Positions 8,995-17,096 of a DNA stretch of 64,000 nt are shown piece after piece. How positions within the stretch are numbered: the first letter of the stretch is position 1; each line of letters begins with the position of its first letter. The translations under genes and the position numbers were made by a program. The notes below the pieces were generated by a model that was given only the letters and a program-made list of their open reading frames with translations, had not been told where the DNA came from and searched no databases. This stretch comes from a virus. The stretch is from positions 1 to 64,000 of the IMG/VR virus record IMGVR_UViG_3300011271_000004, one strand, 5' to 3'.

Positions 8995-9915
8995 ATGCCC
9001 GGTAGCTACCCGGCTCCCCCACCCACACTGACCGGTGACCTGGAAACCATCAGCCGTTTCCTCCAGTCACCCACCCAGATCAGGCGGCGGCTGCGCGACT
9101 ACATCGACCTGCGGTTCGTCGCAGACCAACTGCTCACCCAGCGTTTCCGCACCTCCGGTGGGGCGGCGCTGTACGAACTGTCCGAGCCGTTCATTACCGA
9201 CCGCACGGTTGAGGCGGTCGGCCCCGGCGCGGAGTACCCGTTCGCCAACCTGCCCACCGGCACCGCTGGCATCGCCTCGGTGTCCAAGTGGGGCCAGAAG
9301 GTGCGGCTCACCGACGAGGAGGTGGCCCGCAACGTGTATGCGGGCCAGACGGTGGACCGCAACTTGCGCAAGGTGGTCAACTCGATCATCCAGCAGGTGG
9401 ACGGGCAGGCCATGTCCGCCATCGCCTCGGCGGTTGTGGACACCACCACCGCCACGGCCGCCTGGTCGGTGCCCGCCACGCGGACGATCTTTCAGGACAT
9501 CCTGCTGGCCAAGGCGCACGTGTTCGGCAAGAACCTGGGTTATCACCCGGACACCATCCTGGTGGATGACACCCACTACGCCTACATGATGTCCGACACG
9601 GCCATCACCAACGCCCTGCGGCGTGAGACCACCGACAACCCGATTTACACCGGGGTGCTGGAGATCATCGCCGGGCTGGTCATCGTGGTCAGCCCCAGCA
9701 GCGTGGCAGCGCACCCCTACGTGCTCGACAGCACCCAGCTTGGCGGCATGGCCGACGAAATGGACAACGCGCCGGGGTACGCGATGGACCAGTTGGCGGT
9801 GCAGATCAAGAGCATCCGCCTCGACGCGAACGACGCCTGGGACCTCCAGGGGCGGCGCAAGACGGTGCCCATCGTGCAAGAGCCCGGCTCGGCCTGCGAG
9901 ATCCTGACCGCCTGA
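8995..9915 (+). CDS. major capsid protein
   Basis: 306 aa at the position expected after the protease and decoration genes. Its size and composition resemble Mu gpT/HK97-fold capsid proteins of actinophages. Confidence 0.7.
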   Translation: MPGSYPAPPPTLTGDLETISRFLQSPTQIRRRLRDYIDLRFVADQLLTQRFRTSGGAALYELSEPFITDRTVEAVGPGAEYPFANLPTGTAGIASVSKWGQKVRLTDEEVARNVYAGQTVDRNLRKVVNSIIQQVDGQAMSAIASAVVDTTTATAAWSVPATRTIFQDILLAKAHVFGKNLGYHPDTILVDDTHYAYMMSDTAITNALRRETTDNPIYTGVLEIIAGLVIVVSPSSVAAHPYVLDSTQLGGMADEMDNAPGYAMDQLAVQIKSIRLDANDAWDLQGRRKTVPIVQEPGSACEILTA

Positions 9916-9979
9916 GACCAGCGGCCAGTACCAGCGCGCTGGCTGCATGGCCAGCCCACAACGAACGGAGGGCCGCCCC

Positions 9980-10381
9980 ATGGCGACCAAGGCCAAGGCC
10001 AGGGAGTGGTGGCGGGTGTCAGGCCCGTACGTCACCGTCAAGACCAGCACCACCGAGGGCATGCGCATCATCGGGCTGCACCGGGGCGCGCCGCTGCCGC
10101 TGGACGTGACCCCCGACGCCATCGAGCACCTGGCCAGCCACGGCCTCATCGAGTCGTTCCCGCTGGGGCCGGCCGAGGAGGAGCACCTGGCCGAAGACCC
10201 GCCCGGCGGCCCGGGTGCCCCGCCGCCGCCGGATGAGCCGCCAGCGGGCGTGCTGGACCCGGATGCCGGTGGGCAGGCCCCTACCCAGCCCGCTGGCGAG
10301 GGCTCCTCGCCGGCGGGCAAGGGCGGCGGTTCCTCGGCCCGCTCGGGGAGCGGTAGCGGCACCAGGACGGCCAGCAAGTAG
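9980..10381 (+). CDS. hypothetical structural-module protein with a Pro/Gly-rich C-terminus
   Basis: ATG at 9980 is preceded by ACGGAGGG. The ORF-track start at 9947 lacks an SD. Confidence 0.5.
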   Translation: MATKAKAREWWRVSGPYVTVKTSTTEGMRIIGLHRGAPLPLDVTPDAIEHLASHGLIESFPLGPAEEEHLAEDPPGGPGAPPPPDEPPAGVLDPDAGGQAPTQPAGEGSSPAGKGGGSSARSGSGSGTRTASK

Positions 10382-10833
10382 TGGCCGAGGCGTGGGCACC
10401 GACCACGGGTGAGGTGGCGGAGAAGATTCCGACCCGCACCCGGGACAAGGCCGCGCCTGGCAGCACCGCGCTGCTGGGGCAGTTCACCGCAACCACCACC
10501 CCGAACGCCAGCCAGGCCCAGGGGTTCGTGGACAACGCGGTGGCGTGGGTGCTGGCGGCGGTCGGCAAGCTGCCTGCCGCAGGCCAGTTGCTCGATGACA
10601 TTGAGGCGGCAGCCCGCGACGCGGCGGCGTGGCGGGCGGCGGCCGACATTGAGTTGGCCTACCCCGAGCGCACCGCCAACGTCAACGTGGCCGCCACGCT
10701 GGACGCCAGGGCCAACAGCGCGCTGGCGGCGCTGCGCACCGCGCTGGCCACCGAGGTGGGCGGCCCGGTGGAACTGGTGCCCATCTGGCAATCCCCCGAC
10801 CCGCCGAAGTGGGCGGACAACCCGTTGCTTTAG
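10381..10833 (+). CDS. head-to-tail adaptor candidate
   Basis: 150 aa with GTG start abutting the previous stop. The layout (F..TTTPNASQAQGFVDNA...AADIELAYPE) resembles gp6-like connector proteins. Confidence 0.5.
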   Translation: MAEAWAPTTGEVAEKIPTRTRDKAAPGSTALLGQFTATTTPNASQAQGFVDNAVAWVLAAVGKLPAAGQLLDDIEAAARDAAAWRAAADIELAYPERTANVNVAATLDARANSALAALRTALATEVGGPVELVPIWQSPDPPKWADNPLL

Positions 10834-10847
10834 GGAGGTGCAGGGCC

Positions 10848-11405
10848 GTGGCAGTAAGCAGGGTGGTGTGGAACCAGGCGGCGCTGCGCGCCTGGTATGA
10901 GGGCGAGCCCCGCGAGGCGCTGCGCTTGCTGGCGGGGCTTGCCATGGTGGCGATGAAAGCGGCCTGCCCGGTGTCGCCGGTGTACCCGGTGTACGCCTAC
11001 CCGCTGCCCCCCGGCCGCTCCAAGGGCAGCACCTACCAGGTGCCCGGGGCGTTCGGGCGGGGCCTGGCGCTGCCCAAAGGGCCGGCGGTGAGCCGGATCC
11101 GGTACGCCGGGGACCTGCCGCTGCGGCCCAGCGGGTACCTGCGCAACTCGATCACCATCGTGCCCATCCCGTTGCCGCTGTGGGCCGGCGGCGGGTACCT
11201 GATCGGCCCCACCGCCACCTATGGCAAGTACGTCAACGACGGCACCCCGCCGCACATCATCCGCTCCCGGGGCACCTGGCCGCTGCGCAGCCGCGCCACC
11301 GGCCAGGTGTTCGGCCGCGTGGTGCACCACCCCGGCACCAAGGGCGCGTTCTTCGTGGAACGCGCGGCGCTGGAGCTACGGGGGAAGGTGTTCCGGTTTG
11401 GCTAG
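10848..11405 (+). CDS. HK97 gp10-like head-tail joining protein
   Basis: GTG at 10848 follows SD GGGAGGTG. Motifs SGYLRNSI and GKYVNDGT..H are typical of the gp10 family. Confidence 0.6.
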   Translation: MAVSRVVWNQAALRAWYEGEPREALRLLAGLAMVAMKAACPVSPVYPVYAYPLPPGRSKGSTYQVPGAFGRGLALPKGPAVSRIRYAGDLPLRPSGYLRNSITIVPIPLPLWAGGGYLIGPTATYGKYVNDGTPPHIIRSRGTWPLRSRATGQVFGRVVHHPGTKGAFFVERAALELRGKVFRFG

Positions 11406-11409
11406 CGCG

Positions 11410-11826
11410 GTGGAGCTTGCGGTATCCCAGTGGACCAACGCGGTGACCGGCCTGGTGGGCCAGGGCAACCCGCTGGCCGTGGGGTGCTTCTTGCAGCCGC
11501 CTGTCCGCAGCCCGGCGGAAGGGGCGTGGTCGCTGGTGTCCCGCATAGCTGGCGGCGGCGGCCTGGTGGCTGAGGACGGGCTGGTGACCACCGCCCGCAT
11601 GCAGTGGGACGTGTATTGCGATGACGAGGTGGCCGCTGAGCGGGCCGCCGCCGCCATCGCCCGCGCGGTGGAAACGCTGACCGGCGCACCGCAAGCCGCC
11701 GGGGATGGCATGGCGGTGCTCGTGCACGACAACCTCGCTGGCCCGGTGTACGTGCCGCAGCCCGCCAGCACGGATGAGCCGTACTTGTTCCAAGTCCAGG
11801 CCGACCTGGTGCTGGCACCAACCTGA
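11410..11826 (+). CDS. neck/tail terminator candidate
   Basis: In-frame GTG at 11410 just after the previous stop. 138 aa. Function inferred from position only. Confidence 0.4.
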   Translation: MELAVSQWTNAVTGLVGQGNPLAVGCFLQPPVRSPAEGAWSLVSRIAGGGGLVAEDGLVTTARMQWDVYCDDEVAAERAAAAIARAVETLTGAPQAAGDGMAVLVHDNLAGPVYVPQPASTDEPYLFQVQADLVLAPT

Positions 11827-11836
11827 GGAGTAGAAC

Positions 11837-12196
11837 ATGGCAGCACTGACCCCGGTTGTCGCCTCCCGTGCGGGCGGCGGCAGCCTCACCACCGGCCTGG
11901 TGGCAAGCGGCGCGGCCGGTGACACGTTCCCCGCCGGGCCAAACACGTTCCTGCTGGTGCAAAACACCGGGGGCGCGGCGGTGACCGTCACGGTTACCCC
12001 GCCGTCCACCAGCGGCCCCTACGGGACGACCATCGCCCCACTGGCCCTGAGCCCGCAGGTGGAGTTGACCACCGGGCTGCGCATGTACGGCCCGTTCCCC
12101 CAGAACCCGTTCGGGGACGCCAACGGCAACGTGACGGCCACCTGCTCGGTGACCGGGGCCACGTGCAAGGTGTGCCCCGTCATCGTGAGCGCGTGA
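11837..12196 (+). CDS. hypothetical structural-module protein
   Basis: ATG follows SD GAGGAG. 119 aa with beta-rich composition. Confidence 0.5.
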   Translation: MAALTPVVASRAGGGSLTTGLVASGAAGDTFPAGPNTFLLVQNTGGAAVTVTVTPPSTSGPYGTTIAPLALSPQVELTTGLRMYGPFPQNPFGDANGNVTATCSVTGATCKVCPVIVSA

Positions 12197-12201
12197 CGCG
12201 C

Positions 12202-12507
12202 ATGGCACCGCCGAAGGCCCGCAGCAGGGCAGCCGGGGCAGCCGAGGAGGATGCCCCGCCGCGCCCCTCGCATTACGTGGCCACCGCTGATGTGTACACC
12301 GAGCCGGCGGAGGACCGGATGCCGGTGGCGGTGTTCCGCGCCGGGGACCACGTGCCGGTTGACCTGTACGACAACCACCCCATGTGGCAGCCGTTGCTGG
12401 CCGCCGCACCCGATGACGCCGAGGCCGCCAGCGCAGCCAAGGAGGACACCACGGCCCCCGGCGGGGGCACCGATAGCACTGGCGGCGGCCAGGGCGAGGA
12501 GGAGTAA
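12202..12507 (+). CDS. hypothetical acidic protein
   Basis: In-frame ATG at 12202 just after the previous stop. The gene ends with an overlap onto the next ATG. Confidence 0.5.
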   Translation: MAPPKARSRAAGAAEEDAPPRPSHYVATADVYTEPAEDRMPVAVFRAGDHVPVDLYDNHPMWQPLLAAAPDDAEAASAAKEDTTAPGGGTDSTGGGQGEEE

Positions 12508-13067
12508 TGCCAGCACGTGGCAACCCGGCGGCCCTGTCGCTTGGCCCCGGTTTTCTGTACTTGGCCCCGATCGGCACCACCGAGCCGGTGGACGTGGCGA
12601 CCAGCATCGCCGCCGTCTCAGCGGCGTGGGTGCTGATGGGGTACACCGATGTGGGCAGCGAGTTCCACTACCAGACGCAGACCACCACGGTGGATGTGGC
12701 TGAGGTGCTGGACCCGCTGTCCTACCAGCCGACCAGCCGGGCGGGCACCGTGCAGTTCTCCCTGGCGCAAATCACCATCGCCAACCTCAAGGCCGCGTTC
12801 AACGGCGGCGTGGTGTCCTCCGGTACCGGGGTGACGTTCTACGAGCCGCCGGATCTGGGCACCGAGGTGCGGGCCATGCTGCTGTTTGAAAGCGAGGACC
12901 ACACCGAGCGGTGGGTGTGGCGGCAGTGCTTCCAATCCGGCGATGTGGCGATTGTGCGCGCCAAGGGCGGGGCCAAGGCCGTCATCCCGTGCGTGTTCAA
13001 CCTGGAGCTTCCCGCCACCGGGCTGCGGCCGTGGCGGGCCATCCTGGCCACCCCGCAGCGTTCCTGA
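12507..13067 (+). CDS. major tail (tube) protein
   Basis: 186 aa immediately upstream of the chaperone pair and the tape measure. Beta-rich sequence typical of siphovirus tube proteins. Confidence 0.6.
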   Translation: MPARGNPAALSLGPGFLYLAPIGTTEPVDVATSIAAVSAAWVLMGYTDVGSEFHYQTQTTTVDVAEVLDPLSYQPTSRAGTVQFSLAQITIANLKAAFNGGVVSSGTGVTFYEPPDLGTEVRAMLLFESEDHTERWVWRQCFQSGDVAIVRAKGGAKAVIPCVFNLELPATGLRPWRAILATPQRS

Positions 13068-13095
13068 TCCCAACTAGCGGAAGGCACACCAGCGC

Positions 13096-13662
13096 ATGCG
13101 TTCCTACGACAGCATCCCCGAAGGCAGCGAGCCCCTGGGCAACCCCCTGGAGGGCGTCAAGTTCACCCTGGACGGTGAGGAGTTCCGGTGCGAAGGCCAG
13201 CCCGACCTGCTGGACCAATCCGAACTGGCGCTCCTCGCCTCCAGCGCAACAGACATACGCCGCCCCGAGGCGCAGGCGGCCATCGCCGCGTTCCTTCAGA
13301 TGGCATTCGGGCCGCGCGAGTACGCGCGGTTCCGCATGCACACCAAGCAGGCCGGCACCCGCGCCGAGGTGATCTTGGCCATCATGGCCGGGATCAACGA
13401 GGAGTTGGAAGGGTTCCTGGTGGAGGCCACCGGCCGCCCTACCATGCCGTCCTCGCCCTCCTTGCCTGGGGGTGCGGAGAGGGCCGGGCAGCTACAGAAG
13501 GTCATCTCCTTGGGCACTGGGGAGGTGACGCTGCTGCCGCCGGGTGGGAAGGCGACGGCTGGGCGGAGTGGCACGCCGCGAAAGGCCCGGTCGGCGCGGC
13601 CCGCCGCCAGCGGGCGCGGCGCATCGAGCAAGCCCGGGGACGGCTCCTCCAAGGCCGGCTAG
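13096..13662 (+). CDS. tail assembly chaperone (G-like)
   Basis: Position between the tube and tape measure genes. An overlapping -1 ORF extends beyond its stop. Confidence 0.65.
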   Translation: MRSYDSIPEGSEPLGNPLEGVKFTLDGEEFRCEGQPDLLDQSELALLASSATDIRRPEAQAAIAAFLQMAFGPREYARFRMHTKQAGTRAEVILAIMAGINEELEGFLVEATGRPTMPSSPSLPGGAERAGQLQKVISLGTGEVTLLPPGGKATAGRSGTPRKARSARPAASGRGASSKPGDGSSKAG

Positions 13663-13904
13663 CGCTGCGGCAGCGGTGCGACCTGATCGAGTACGTGATG
13701 CTGCGGGCGCACGAGGCCGAGGATGTGCTGCGGCTGCTGTCGGTGGTGGGCCAGGGCGTAGGTGCTAAGAACCTGGCCGAGGAGTACGAGACACCCAGGG
13801 AGGGGTGGGCCGCCAAGGTGGAGGAAATGGGGTGGGTGCCGGGCGATGCGGCAGCCGAGCGGCTGGCGCGCGTCCAGGCGTTCCTGGCCGTGGCTGAGGC
13901 GTAG
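13096..13904 (+). CDS. putative -1 frameshift product of the tail assembly chaperone (G-T-like)
   Basis: The -1 frame is open from 13188 to 13904 and becomes coding-like by third-position GC from about 13537. The slippery heptamer was not identified. An alternative is a separate 68-aa gene starting at 13696/13699. Confidence 0.45.
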
Positions 13905-13920
13905 ATGCCCGCTTACCTGC

Positions 13921-13973
13921 GCACACACGTGGACCACCGGGCGCACCCGTTGTGGGTAACCCGATGGTTTACC
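13921..13973. promoter_or_regulatory. operator-like dyad plus GGTAACCC-N3-GGTTTACC palindrome in the chaperone/tape-measure gap
   Basis: GCACACacGTGGAC at 13921-13934 has one mismatch to the early-region dyad. GGTAACCCgatGGTTTACC lies at 13955-13973. Confidence 0.35.
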
Positions 13974-14000
13974 GTGTCCGGGCTGGGGGCGGTGGTTTAG

Positions 14001-17000
14001 GTGCCTGGCCTTACCGTGGCTGACGCCTACCTGCGGCTGCGTGTCGATGGCGCACAGTTGCGCCGGGAAGTGTCCCGCGATGTGCAGGCCGGTGGTGCCC
14101 CCGCCGGGGCTGCTTTCGGCAAGGCGTTCAAGGTGGCGGCCGTTGCCGCCCTGGCCGGCATCGGCGCGGCTATTGGCATTGGCGCTATAGCGGTGGAGCA
14201 GGCGTCGAAATTCCAGCAGGCCATGACGCAGATACGCACCCAGGCTGGTGGCACGGCCAAGGATGTGGCGGTGCTGTCGGCGCAGGTGCTGAAGCTGGGC
14301 GGCACCTACGCCGAGCAGGGGCCACGGCAACTGGCCGCCGCGTTGTACCACCTCAAGAGCGTGGGGCTGGACAACGTGCAGGCGATGAAGGCGCTGCGGG
14401 TGACCAGCGACCTGGCGGCGGTGGGGCAAGCCGACCTGGAGTCCACGGCCAACGCGCTGGCCGGGGCGTGGCGTGTGGGCATCCGGGGGGCTACCAGCTT
14501 CAGCCAGGCCGCCGGCACGGTCAACGCGATCATCGGCGCGGGCAACATGCACCTACAGGATTTTGTGTCGGCCATCGGCACCGGCATCCTGCCAGCGGCT
14601 AAGACGTGGGGCCTGTCTTTGGGGCAGGTGGGTGCGGCGCTGGCGCTGATGACCGACGAGGGGCAAAACGCCGCTGAGGCGGCCACCCGGCTGCGGATGA
14701 CGTTTGCGTTGCTGGGCGCGCCCAGCGCGGCGGCGGCCAAGCAACTGGCCATCATCGGCATCACCGGCCTGCAACTGGGCAACGCCATGCGTTCCCCCGG
14801 CGGGCTGATCGCCGCCATAACGTTGCTGAAAACCCACTTGGACGCCTCGGGGCTGTCGGCCAGCGAGTCGGCGGCGCTGCTGGCCCACGCCTTCGGCGGT
14901 GGCCGGTCATCGGCCACCATCTTGGGGCTGATCAACAACCTGGAGGTGCTGCGCAAGAAGCAGGACCAGATCAACCGCACCACCGGGCGGTACACCTCGG
15001 CGGTGATCGCGCAGCGGCAGACCGCCGGGGCGCAGTTCGCCCGCCTGGGGGCCATCGTGGACACCTTCGGCATCCGGCTGGGCCTGGCGCTGCTGCCCCC
15101 GGTGACCGCGTTCGTGGGGTTCCTGGTGAACACGGCGGTGCCAGCGGCGGTGGGGTTCGCCCACACCGTGGGCGTGGCGTTCCACCAGATCATCCCGGTG
15201 GATGCGATCAAGCGGGACTGGCGTTCGCTGCTGTTGTTCCTGGGGCTGGCCCGCCCGCCGCCGGCCAAGCTGTCCACGGCGGACCTGCTGCACATGCCCG
15301 CCCCGGCCAAGCTGTCCGTGGCGGACCTGCTGCACCCCCTGGCCCCGGTGACGGTGCCCATGACGGTGGACTTGCTGCACCGCGCGGGTGGCAGCGGGCG
15401 CACCGGGGGGCTGACCAACACCATCGCCAACGCGGTGCAAGGCATCAACTGGACGCGGATCACCGGCCTGCTGGGCGCGCCGCTGGGCGATGCGCTGGGC
15501 AAGGCGTTCGGGTGGATCACCCAGCACGCCGCCACGCTGACCAGCCAACTGGTCACCGCCTTGGCCGGGCTGGACTGGGTGAACATTGGCAAGCAAGTAG
15601 GCGGCCACACCCTCGGCTTCGCCATCGGCCTGGTGTCCAGCTTCGGCGCTGAGTTGTTCTCCCCCAGCTTCTGGCAGCACCACTGGTGGGATGTGATCGT
15701 GGCCGCGCTGTCGGTCACCGGCATAGGCCGCATCGGCGGCGCGCTGGCCAAGGTGCTGGAGCACATCCCGGTCCTGCGGCTGTTCGCCCCGCTGCTGCGC
15801 GGCCTGGCCACGGTGACCGGCCCGGTGAACAAGGGCATTGACAAGATCGTCAGCGCGGTGTGGCGCGGGCTGTGGGACGGTTTCAGGACGGTGTTCCCCC
15901 GCGCGGCGGCGTTCTTGGAGCGCGAGTTCCACCTGATCACCGACCGCATCGTGGGCGCGGCGGGGGTGGTGCGGTACGACGCGCTGATGCTGGGGCGCGG
16001 GCTGCTGCAAGGCATCGAGCATGGCACCAGCAACCTGGTGCAACTGATCGCCTCGCTCATCGGGAAGCTGGTCAACCCGTTCCGCCCAGCCGGTGGCTGG
16101 CTGGTATCCCACGGCGGCGATCTGGTGGCGGGGCTGCTGCGGGGCATCGCCCGAGCGGCCGCCGGCGTCGGCCCGTGGATCAACGCGCACCTGGTGCAGC
16201 CCATCATCCATGCGGTGATGAACTACTTCGGCATCCACTCCCCCAGCCGGGTCATGGCCGGGCTGGGCTCCAACATCATGACCGGCCTTTTCCAGGGGAT
16301 CATGTCGCATAACCCGCTGGCGGTGGTGCGTAAGGTGTTCGGCTCCATGCCCGCCGCGCTGGGGCACCTGGTGGAGCGGGGCCTGGTGTCGGTGGCCAGC
16401 TTGCCGGGGCGGGCGCTGCGGGCGCTGACCGGCCTCGGCGGGTCGCTGCTGGGGAAGATCGGCGGCTTCCTGGGCAGCTTGTTCGGCGGCGGCGGCGGCG
16501 TGCAGCAGTGGGCTCCGATGGTCCTTCAGGTGCTGAAGATGCTGGGGCAGCCCGCCGGGGCGCTGGGCATCGTGTTGTCCCAGATCGCCACCGAGTCGGG
16601 GGGCAACCCCCGGGCCATCAACCTGACCGACATCAACGCCCAAATGGGGGTTCCGTCCAAGGGCCTGCTCCAGGTGATCCGGCCTACGTTCAACGCCTAC
16701 GCCGGGCCGTTCCGCAGCCTGGGGCAGTTCAACCCGTTTGCCTCGATTTACGCCGGGCTCAACTACGCCATCCACCGGTACGGCACCACGGGGTGGATGA
16801 ACGTGCTGGGCCACGGCCACGGGTACCTGCATGGCGGGTGGGTCACCGAGCCGGTGCGGGGCATCGGGCTGCGCAGTGGGCACGCCTACAGCTTCGCGGA
16901 GGACGGCCGCGCAGAGTACGTCTCACCCGCTGGCGCTGTGGGCGGTGGTGGTGGCGTGGATGCGCTGCTGGCCAAGCTGGACCGGGTGATCAAGGCCGTG

Positions 17001-17093
17001 GAGAAGAACGCGGCGCAAACCGGGGCGGCGCTGGCGCAGGCACTGGACCGGGGCGGCCGTCGTGCCGCTTACGCGGGCATCTACGGAGGCTGA
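14001..17093 (+). CDS. tape measure protein with C-terminal lytic transglycosylase (SLT) domain
   Basis: 1030 aa with Ala/Gly-rich helical and TM-like segments. SLT motif IATESGGNPRAIN..GVPSKGLLQVIRPTF. Confidence 0.9.
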   Translation: MPGLTVADAYLRLRVDGAQLRREVSRDVQAGGAPAGAAFGKAFKVAAVAALAGIGAAIGIGAIAVEQASKFQQAMTQIRTQAGGTAKDVAVLSAQVLKLGGTYAEQGPRQLAAALYHLKSVGLDNVQAMKALRVTSDLAAVGQADLESTANALAGAWRVGIRGATSFSQAAGTVNAIIGAGNMHLQDFVSAIGTGILPAAKTWGLSLGQVGAALALMTDEGQNAAEAATRLRMTFALLGAPSAAAAKQLAIIGITGLQLGNAMRSPGGLIAAITLLKTHLDASGLSASESAALLAHAFGGGRSSATILGLINNLEVLRKKQDQINRTTGRYTSAVIAQRQTAGAQFARLGAIVDTFGIRLGLALLPPVTAFVGFLVNTAVPAAVGFAHTVGVAFHQIIPVDAIKRDWRSLLLFLGLARPPPAKLSTADLLHMPAPAKLSVADLLHPLAPVTVPMTVDLLHRAGGSGRTGGLTNTIANAVQGINWTRITGLLGAPLGDALGKAFGWITQHAATLTSQLVTALAGLDWVNIGKQVGGHTLGFAIGLVSSFGAELFSPSFWQHHWWDVIVAALSVTGIGRIGGALAKVLEHIPVLRLFAPLLRGLATVTGPVNKGIDKIVSAVWRGLWDGFRTVFPRAAAFLEREFHLITDRIVGAAGVVRYDALMLGRGLLQGIEHGTSNLVQLIASLIGKLVNPFRPAGGWLVSHGGDLVAGLLRGIARAAAGVGPWINAHLVQPIIHAVMNYFGIHSPSRVMAGLGSNIMTGLFQGIMSHNPLAVVRKVFGSMPAALGHLVERGLVSVASLPGRALRALTGLGGSLLGKIGGFLGSLFGGGGGVQQWAPMVLQVLKMLGQPAGALGIVLSQIATESGGNPRAINLTDINAQMGVPSKGLLQVIRPTFNAYAGPFRSLGQFNPFASIYAGLNYAIHRYGTTGWMNVLGHGHGYLHGGWVTEPVRGIGLRSGHAYSFAEDGRAEYVSPAGAVGGGGGVDALLAKLDRVIKAVEKNAAQTGAALAQALDRGGRRAAYAGIYGG
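15261..15335 (+). repeat. 42-bp tandem duplication inside the tape measure gene
   Basis: CCGGCCAAGCTGTCC(A/G)(C/T)GGCGGACCTGCTGCAC occurs twice, 42 nt apart. It encodes AKLS(T/V)ADLLH twice. Confidence 0.8.
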
Positions 17094-17096
17094 GCC

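Noticed and set aside
14306-16883. Two long minus-strand ORFs (633 and 658 aa) opposite the tape measure gene
   Set aside because: These are shadow frames of a gene with clear tape-measure and SLT motifs. The compositions are implausible (Arg/Pro/Ser-rich) and there are no SD or start signals.
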